DNA of 64,000 bases, taken from assembly GCA_037379345.1 (NCBI GenBank), contig CM074519.1, forward strand, positions 11,800,699 to 11,864,698, given 5' to 3'. Source of the DNA: Perna viridis (lineage: Eukaryota). Under the pieces are notes generated by a model. The model ran no database searches, had not been told where the DNA came from, and saw only the letters and a program-made list of their open reading frames with translations. A program made the position numbers and the translations under genes. Shown piece after piece: positions 55,301 through 64,000 of this stretch (position 1 is its first letter; every line of letters starts with the position of its first letter).

Positions 55301-57047
55301 TTCTTTAATTCCCCTTAATAAAAAAAACAAAAAAACAAAAGAGCAAGAAAAATCTATCAAGTATAAAAATTATCAATTCAACATCACTCAGACTCAGGAA
55401 CTTTATAGAGTCAGAAATACTAGACACTACTTATCAATTTTCACTTTGAAGGTCATGAATCTGCAAACCAATGCACAAGAACCAGATTCTATAGAGAATG
55501 TTACATCTTGCCTGGCAGTTGAATCTCAAAAAATCCAGAAGATGTCATCACAGACGGCTACATTGATTAATGGTCTCTAAATATATACTACATGTAACTA
55601 GAACAAACATATATTTTACTGACAGAAATCAACACAGACATTTTTTGTTTACTCTGCATTTTCATGGTATTTGCATGGACTTTTCTTCTTCCATAATTAA
55701 AGTAACATTAGCATGTGTATGTTTAGTTCAGTGTACCAGAACCAGTGGTGTCTTTTAAATTAAACTTGCAATATTTAATACTTAGTGAATATGTACAGAA
55801 ATGTCCCCTGATGTTTGACCTTTAACACTTTTCACTGCTTTTAAGAAGCTGGAAAATGTCTATTCCCTTTAATTCCAAGTCCTTGTATAAATGTTTTATG
55901 TACATGTACTTTTATAAAAATATACATGTACTACATGCAAGTCATTGTTTAATAGACCCAAAATCTGAACTTTTATATCATAATATCTTCACTTACAGCA
56001 ATTTTTTTTCAATTTTGACTTGATGTGAGAGCAACAACAGGTTAAAAAACCTTGAAACATACATGTACAAGCATGCAACAAAAATATTCAAAACAAATCA
56101 AATTTTTCAAAGCTCATGGTAACAATTGGAAAGTTTCAAGCATCATTATATGTGACACAAGCCTATAACCTATCTCCCATTCTCTTGATAACTGAATGCA
56201 ACTTGGGAATTTTATCTTAATTTTTGATTAACCAGGAGAAAATTACTGAGAAATGCTAGTTCAGACAGGTGCAGGTAGCCATGTGGAGAGAATTCCAGTT
56301 AATCTGCATGACATGAAAAATTGGAACAAAGTTGTGAAAAAATGCAGAATCGGTTGGAATGTCTGCACAGACACAGCACAAAATTAATAGAATTTTTTTA
56401 TTTCATGTATTACATGTACAATGCACATTCTATGATTAAGATATATGGTAATTTATTAAATTAAATATTTCCAATAGGTGCTTTTTATATGGCAAAGCTG
56501 GGAGAACAGGAATTCTGTCCTATACATGAGAGGATTTTAGGGTCAGCATGAAGATTCACAGCTGGTGATTTCCAGGTAAGATCTACTTTGACAACTGGAG
56601 ATGGCAATTCTATTGACATATGAATACTTAATCAGAATGAGCAAATCTTGAGCAAAATATATAAATGATTTTAGAGTGGAACAACACCTTCTTACAAACG
56701 TTTGCCTGAAGTATCTAAAGCATTTTCTACAAGATAACAAGACAGATTGCTAATGCATTGACGCATGTTTACATGTATGATACAAGTACATGTATGTTGT
56801 ACAAGGATCCCATTAACATGCAGATAGGGCCTTTTATCTGATCATTCACTTTTGCTAATTGGTCTGATATTATTCTTGTTAATATAACTTATGATAATTA
56901 ATGTGTACTTATAATTGTTTTTGTATGTTTGGTCTATTAATTGTGACTAAATGTACCGGTTTTCTCTCCCATTACCTTGAGTAGCCTTTGTTAAGAGTCA
57001 TAGATTGTGAGAAGTTACTGTAAACAAAAGGTATACCTCAAACTTTG

Positions 57048-57273
57048 AAGAGTAATCAAGGGAACCAAGATTCTAGCAGAAATCAAAAGAATGTAATCCA
57101 GGGACAATGACCAGACATTGAAAACAGACCAACACAACAAAGAACATAAAGTTACTAAAATAATTCATACAAAGTAACAAAAGTAAATGAGCAACTACGA
57201 CTCCACTAAAAACTGGGACCATGGACCAGGTGCACCGGTGGGGTTTAATTAAGCGTCCTCTGCTTTTCTAGAA
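57048..57273 (-). mobile_element. Third copy of the same retroelement 3' end
   Basis: AAGAGTAATCAAGGGAACCAAG...CTCCACTAAAAACTGGGA...TCTGCTTTTCTAGAA aligns directly with 26376-26595. Confidence 0.85.
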
Positions 57274-60181
57274 CATTTATACACAAGATATCTTTTAATA
57301 TCTTTAAAGGATTTTTTTTAACTGTAAAATTATTCATTTATTTTGTAGAAGCCTTTCTAAGAAGGTCAAAAGCAAGAGTGAAAGAATGGCTAACAACAGC
57401 TGAACCTCAAAATAAGCTGTGCTTATAAATAAAAGGCCCATTCTGGCGGGTGGCACCTAGTACAGCAGGTACGGCTATGGTCATACCAATAATTTTTGGT
57501 AATTTTTTGGTACTGCATACCATAATTGAAATTCTTGTCAAAATCTCTTTAAAAGGGGGTATTTTACTTGGTAGCTAGTTATATCTAGTTCAAAAATAGC
57601 AAGGTAATTTTTCTACTGACCAATCGAGATTTCAGTGCTATGCCTCTGATACTGCTAACAACTGACTTCAGAATAGAGGCAACTATCCGAGGAAACACAC
57701 TATGACATGGGCTTACAGAAATTTAGCCATCTACATCTTAAGGAAAATTTGGCATCGAAAAATGTGTGAGAAGAAACTTGGATGATTAAATAAAAATAAA
57801 TCCAAATATTTGTTTCAATATACTGCCTCTTAAAAATATGTGTGTTTAATCAAATTAAAAATGATACAATCACACATACATATGTTCTTTAGAGATTAAA
57901 AGGCAGTTTCAAGCAGCCTGTGACCCCTAGTGTAAGTATGGACAAGACATGCTGAACTTTAGGAAAAAATGTTTAAAGTTTGAGTTCTGAGCTGGTTATA
58001 CTTTTGAAGAGAATTTCTGATTCCAATTACACTATACATCTATAGACAATTTTTCCTTCCAATTTTTTTTTTTTATTAATTCTAATATTAAAATACTATG
58101 AGATTAAACAAGGGGCTACATACATGAACATATATCAAGCTTGAAAACTTTAGTTTTAAGATAAAGTTGTGACCTCCAAACTGGTCAATTTACTAAACTG
58201 ATAAAATATTTTAAGGTCGTGAATTTATTGCTGTGTTTACTTAGAAGGTATAAACAGTGCTGATAAATGGCCAGTAGGTGATACTAAGGTTTCACAATGA
58301 AATATCCCAAAATCTATAAAACGAAAATTTATAAAATGCTTGAAACGTTATATAAGGAAAAAGATTTTGTTGCTTTTAGATTATCGTTGAAAAGTACTAC
58401 ATGTACATACATAAAAACTCCTCGGAGAATGAATGATAGTTTTTGTTGTAGATTGATAGCAAAAGTTTTATGTTTTTATTTTAACATAGAATGCATATGT
58501 ACATGTAAAACCTATGAACTCAATGAAAGATATTTTGCTTGTAATACAAATGTAAATGGGGAACAAGAATTTGATTGAAGGATAATTTTTCATCAAACAA
58601 GTGAATCAGTGAAGCTAACACACTGATAAGCAGTTATATGTACATTAAAATTCAAAACTTAAACAAAATTATACTGGGCTTTATTGAGGGAAAGTTTTAG
58701 GATTTTAAATGAATAGTTCATATAAATTAACCAGAGGAAAATTATCTGACACGATTGAATTTTACATTATATAAGGATGATCACCCCCCCCAAAAAAAAC
58801 TATAAACAGTATATGTTTCTCAGCATTGAAATCATCATTAAGGATGCAATTAACTCTGCCAGGAAAATGCAATAACAATCATGTGCATCTGACATCTGTT
58901 CAAAACAGGCAACTACAGTTACAAATATATGAATCCTCATTTTCTTTCCATGGCAGAGAATCTACTGATTTTCACAGTCTATTTATTATAAGGCTACTAG
59001 CAATTTAAGAGGCAAAATTGTTTATAATTAAGGCTTTCAGCTGTTTTACATTTCAATCTTTTGTCATGATTTTGATTGAAAAAGCATTTGAATAGGATAA
59101 GGTGAATTTGAATTTAGTAATCTTTCTCACTGTGAGAAAATCTGACCTAAACATGAAATTAAATGTTTCAATATAAAAGAACCTTTCATTAATAGTTTTT
59201 CTGTATTGTGGTTATTGGACGTCATTTACTATCAAATATGAATTATACCAAATTCAGTGACTATACAATTTTCTTTATTCCTACAATTCGCACCTGTTTA
59301 GGATTTCAAACCCTATTTTTTACCCCTAATTAAATATCCTTAAAACCAGGATCAACATGCATTTGACTAAATCTGATAGGAAATTTCTGTGATTCACTTT
59401 CTTATGTTATCATGGTGTTATCTCGAAAATGGCGAGATACTATAGAATGTAAAGAAACCTATGTTATCTATACTAAGAACTTGTTAACAACACAGAAATT
59501 CCATTAGTAAACTGACTTGAATTTATCGCATAGAATAGAAAAGAAAACTCCCACTGTGTACAATCAAATGTGTTTTACTTGTAGATGACATGATGTTTGT
59601 CAACTCGATTTGTTACTTTTCCATTTTGTGTATTGGAATTTTAATGAACTTGTAATCTTGTAAGACAATGTCATTCAAAAATGACACAACATATTCAAAT
59701 TTTGACAATGAATAAATTTCCTACATTGTTGAATAGTGTGGCTACATGCAATATGTATGTAGGGGAATTCAAGTTTGGCTTCGAAATTTATGCCCTATTT
59801 GAAATTTCCACAGATCTTTTCATTTAGAAAGGAATTTTTAGATACTTATCACAACAAATGTCATGGTAGTCCAAACTTACACAATGAACCTATTAAAATT
59901 TTTAAAATCGGTTGACTAATATGTTGTAAAAATATCATTAAATTATTTAATTTCCCTATACATGAATTAGACCATTGTGAAATTTTATTAGTACCTTGTG
60001 GTTTTTAACGTATACTCCCAAGAAATTTACTGGATAGTTTAAAATCAATTGTCAATTGTTATGCTCAGAATCAATGCCCGGAGGACTAAGGAAAAACGTG
60101 TGAATGCTAATAATAGAGAGGAAACGGTTTATTGTATTTAAAATCAGTGACCCGTAGCGGAAAATGTAAACAATGGCTTAC

Positions 60182-60263
60182 CGTGAACGTTTGGTAGTGG
60201 GGTCCTTCATAACCATTGCTTCCTTAATTTCTCCAAATTTACCAAAGTGTGCCTTCAATGTTT
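60182..60263 (-). CDS. msi: Musashi exon 3 ([28 protein letters not shown]), 82 nt
   Basis: Acceptor cattttgcag|, donor |gtaagc. Musashi RRM1 motif [11 protein letters not shown]. Confidence 0.97.
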
Positions 60264-60464
60264 CTGCAAAATGAAATAAAGCACACAACTTTGAAACGGA
60301 CCATACTTCGACAAGCACTCGCTGACATTAAATTTAAAGAACTTCCGACAAAAAACTCCACAGAAAACAATTAACGGTATGATATGCTCTATGACCCAGA
60401 ACAACACGAGATAGCGTAAAATTATTGTTGACATTTTTTCAAAAATAGATTAAGCACAACATAC

Positions 60465-60505
60465 CTGCAGTCGTTTGCCACGATAGTCCACCTATGAACA
60501 TTTTC
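60465..60505 (-). CDS. msi: Musashi exon 2 (KMFIGGLSWQTTA; RRM1 RNP2), 41 nt
   Basis: Acceptor tttctttgcag|, donor |gtatgt. Translation matches the Musashi-family KMFIGGLSWQT motif; phases fit exons 1 and 3. Confidence 0.97.
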
Positions 60506-60653
60506 CTGCAAAGAAAAAATACATTTCATTAAGAAAATCTTACGAGCCGGTGACCTAAATCTCCCAAGATGATTGAAATTTGATCGCGTACGCTCACAAA
60601 CAAAAGATCAATCGAGAAAACAACTTAGAAATTCACTTCTAATTCCAACTAAC

Positions 60654-60724
60654 CCGGGATCATTTGGTATATCATCAATGCCATTTGTAGAAATTGGTGA
60701 ATTTTGAGCGGGATCCATCTTCAT
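60654..60724 (-). CDS. msi: Musashi homolog, coding exon 1 (MKMDPAQNSPISTNGIDDIPNDPG; 71 nt, phase-2 end)
   Basis: ATG at 60724-60722 with an in-frame TAG two codons upstream (second ATG at 60718). Ends DPG as in Musashi 'DPGKMFIGGL'. Donor GG|GTTAGT; splices in frame to exon 2. Confidence 0.9.
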
Positions 60725-60727
60725 TTT

Positions 60728-60758
60728 CTAAATACTACTTCTAACTAAACACTACTAC
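60728..60758 (-). promoter_or_regulatory. Cluster of Musashi-binding elements in the putative 5' UTR
   Basis: Sense RNA GUAGUAGUGUUUAGUUAGAAGUAGUAUUUAG-AAA-AUG: 6 UAG, 4 matching (G/A)U1-3AGU. Confidence 0.6.
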
Positions 60759-60775
60759 AGATATCCAAAGTAATG

Positions 60776-61007
60776 CACGTGGGGATGAAATGAAGATCGC
60801 TACACTACTATTGGTTTGAGGTGGGTGGGCCATCCGCGCGTCTCTCAAAGGCGCCAACTATCAGTGATTGACAGTCCTTTATCAGCTATCGATTGGTTAA
60901 TTGGCTGTTGCCTGGCAACACAAATCAGTTCTAGCTGACGTAATGTTAGCTTTTGACCACAAACCACGCCTTTATATACGAAATACACAATACAAACAAA
61001 CCCGCCC
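60776..61007 (-). promoter_or_regulatory. Musashi proximal promoter
   Basis: Locally CpG-richer. E-box CACGTG 60776-60781; CCAAT boxes (ATTGG on +) at 60810, 60892, 60900; PBX/PREP-MEIS decamer TGATTGACAG 60865-60874; X-box GTTGCCTGGCAAC 60907-60919; CRE-like TGACGTAA 60936-60943; GC boxes 60964-60970 and 61001-61007; TATA-like 60971-60978. TSS not determinable. Confidence 0.75.
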
Positions 61008-64000
61008 AGGTTCATTTATGGCTACGATATTGAATTATTTTTAGTGATTAGAATTTTTATAGCATGCATGAATGGAAACGAAACGTTAAATCTGCATTTC
61101 AATAGCGAATACACATCAGGAAAGATGAATAATTTGATGCGATGAATTTTAATCGATTTTTGTTTCATATCTCGCCGGTAAGGCTTTGTAACAAGATGTT
61201 TTATAGACGAAGACTTTTAATATTAAATTATTACATTTCAATGCACTAGGCAAACACGTCATTGATAGAATTAATCCAGCGATAATTGCATTAACTACTG
61301 TATCTGGCAGACTTAATCACTTTGGCAGATTCTTAGACTGAAATGATCCAGGTTTTGACATTTCTTGGGCCTAGATACATATCGATAATTTTGTATATAA
61401 CAACTTTCATTTTATCATTTATCTGACTAATATTTGGTACGTTAATCTCGTTTGACAATACCTGCCCGAGGTTACAAGATAAGCGAGTCCTAAATCTTAT
61501 AGTATGGCGAGATAAAGATTTTCTCTTATTGACCTGAGATCGTTCTTTCTACTGTCAAAAAAATTACGCAATAATTTTAATTGGGATTTTCGGTAATTAA
61601 AAACTCCAACCGTTAATCTTCAAATCTCGCACCTTGCACGCATTGAACGACCGTTGGCATTTTCCAGTCTTAAATTTGTTTATTGAAAAGTTTAAAGTGT
61701 AAAGTGTACGACAGAAACTGCAAAAAATACCGAAAACCATGCGTGACTTTTACGGGTAATTAGTCTACAGTATTCTAGGAAGGAAAATAAAATTACTCGG
61801 GATTTTTATGTCAGTACTGTGAAATTATGGATGATTAAATTTATACTACAACGGTAACTGATACACTTACAGATCACTGATTTTGCATGCATTGGAGATG
61901 ATTTCAGAACGGGCACCATTTTCTCCAGGGTTCAGGAGCAATAGGGCGACGATCTCAGACACCGTCTCTTAATTTCATATTTCAGCGTTTTCCGAGGTTC
62001 AAATGCTATTTTAACTGAAAGAAAATACTTTAAACCCTCTTATAAACAGAATGTTTATGTAACAGCAACAGGGGTGTTTTGAATACGATTCTTCAAAACG
62101 TACAGAACAAACTAAGCCGGTTCTGCAAAAAAAAAATGCACACAACCATGATATTTTAAATCCAAGTTCACTTTGAAGAAACACTTCACTATAGACTGTG
62201 AGATTTCGCTGTCCATATACTGAGTTTACTTCTGTCACGACAAATCCTGTACGCTAATAAAGCTATTACCAAGTGTAGCTTGATATATTTCTTCTACCCT
62301 CAGTCCTGTAGGACTTTGAATATCGTGGCTATCTACATCTTTTATAGTACAATGTGAAAAGGTAGACGACTCCCGGATATTAAGCTACTATTATATCTAT
62401 TTGATATATGGATATTCTAAAAAAAGAAAAAAAGGATGACAAATATTCTGTCCTATCAATACAATGATCGTTATTTTTTTCTGAAACAGATAATTGAAAT
62501 AACCAATGTGGCTTGCTTTAAAAAAAAAAGTTTCGACCGAAACTCTTTTTCTCGATTATTTTCGACAGATTATCTTTGTGTGTGTGTTTTCTGTTTGTTT
62601 TTAGCGGCGTTTTAATTTTCCGTGCTAAATGTCTGACGAATTCTTCAAGAAAGCATACCTCAAACTGGTTTCGTACCTGCACCACTGAAGGTCCTTCGAG
62701 CCGATGACGATTTTCGCATCTTGTGGGTACAGTTAGCATAAAAAGGATCACACCAGTAGTTATGTATACAAGTATAAAGCCAAGTTACATATAAGTCCAT
62801 ACGTGACATGCTTTCTGCCCCTCTTTGTCGTGACCCGACTGGTTGATGCCAAACAGTTAAAAGCCATCACAAAAACATTTTGGTATTACGGATCAAGTCA
62901 TTTAAGGCCCATACAGACAGATCGCCCGAGGAGATTATCTATCGTGCTTGGAGCGACATCTTTTTTTAGCTTAAAGTGGAAAAGCCTAAATCATGTATCA
63001 ATAGACAGACAGACTGACTGAAATTGGATTTAAATGAAGGGCGATCGGGCAAGTCACTGTATTTGATACCAGCGTGCATCTCCCAGATTCCCCAAACCCA
63101 TGTTTACTGGTTGTTCAATTAACTCGTTTATCATTGTGTTTTGTATTTAATCACTTTATTAATTATATTCTCTACCATTTTGCACCACAGAAAAAGATCA
63201 AAATAATAACGAATAACTCATCCCTATCGAAAACCATTCCAATCAGATACTATAATGGAAAAACACAACATCACTGTACCACAAAAACACAAAGCGCCAA
63301 TTATAAAACAAAATACCGATAATTGTTATATAATGGCATACAACAGGAAACTGGAACACATTTACTGTATTTTAAAGGACATCTTGCCACTTAAATTTGA
63401 TTGTATTGATCATATTACGCAAGATCCCAGCGTGTGTGACGTAACGGTGTGCGTTTTTAAACACTTTGATGACTACTAGTCGATCACTTTTACTTGATCA
63501 TACTGACTTAGCCAATAGTCGATAAAAGCAGATTTATGTGAATTTGGTTCCAAATGGCATATTCCGATTACTTATTTATTTACGGATTGGCAATGAACCA
63601 TTTATCAACACCGGGTCTTCTCTCCTTCACCGCAATAGCGCAGGGTAGAAAATAGGAATGGCAAACTAGTGCATGCTCCTTGTGTTTCCAATATACTATT
63701 TGGACAACACACATACGCATTAAGTAGCCGTCTTTGTAAAAATCATGCAAAATCTGAAAAATGTGACACACCCCAAAAAAGGCTACATATTTTTATTTTT
63801 GTAATTAAGTTGTTTAATGGGTCTATACAATGAAATGTGTAATTATCCATTCAAATCTGCCTGCTCTTAGGAGATAATCAACATTGAAAATCCAGTAGAT
63901 TCTATTGTTGTTGACTGTCATTCACAGAGTTATCTCCCTTTATTTTGAGATCTCCAGTGCATTCTATATAATTTTTATCTCCTATGAGTACGGGTTACAT

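Noticed and set aside
48200-58510. Frequent TACATGTA palindromes
   Set aside because: Scattered through the window and, from recall, a generic low-complexity trait of bivalve genomes; used only as a taxonomic hint.
62600-62760. Acceptor-like site and 19-codon ORF MSDEFFKKAYLKLVSYLHH on +
   Set aside because: No recognisable homology or partner exons; may be decayed retroelement sequence.

Overview
AT-rich, intron-dominated animal genomic DNA; the repeat vocabulary and frequent TACATGTA suggest a bivalve mollusc (inference). Almost none of the supplied ORFs are real genes. The window holds the promoter and first seven coding exons of a Musashi (Msi1/Msi2/Rbp6-type) two-RRM RNA-binding protein gene on the minus strand (ATG at 60724; exon 7 ends at 3944; the rest lies beyond position 1). 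The spliced product is [154 protein letters not shown](G). The most interesting signal is a candidate multi-layer autoregulatory circuit, none of it visible in the ORF track: (i) a dense cluster of Musashi-binding UAG elements directly before the start codon; (ii) a probable alternative first exon in intron 5 ending in AQPK like exon 5, giving an RRM2-only isoform; (iii) both first-exon donors are GUUAGU, itself a Musashi element; (iv) a candidate 77-nt stop-containing poison exon in intron 7 followed by a strand-specific UAG cluster. RFX X-boxes sit near both promoters. The introns also carry 3' fragments of a Penelope-like retroelement, several MITEs and minisatellites.
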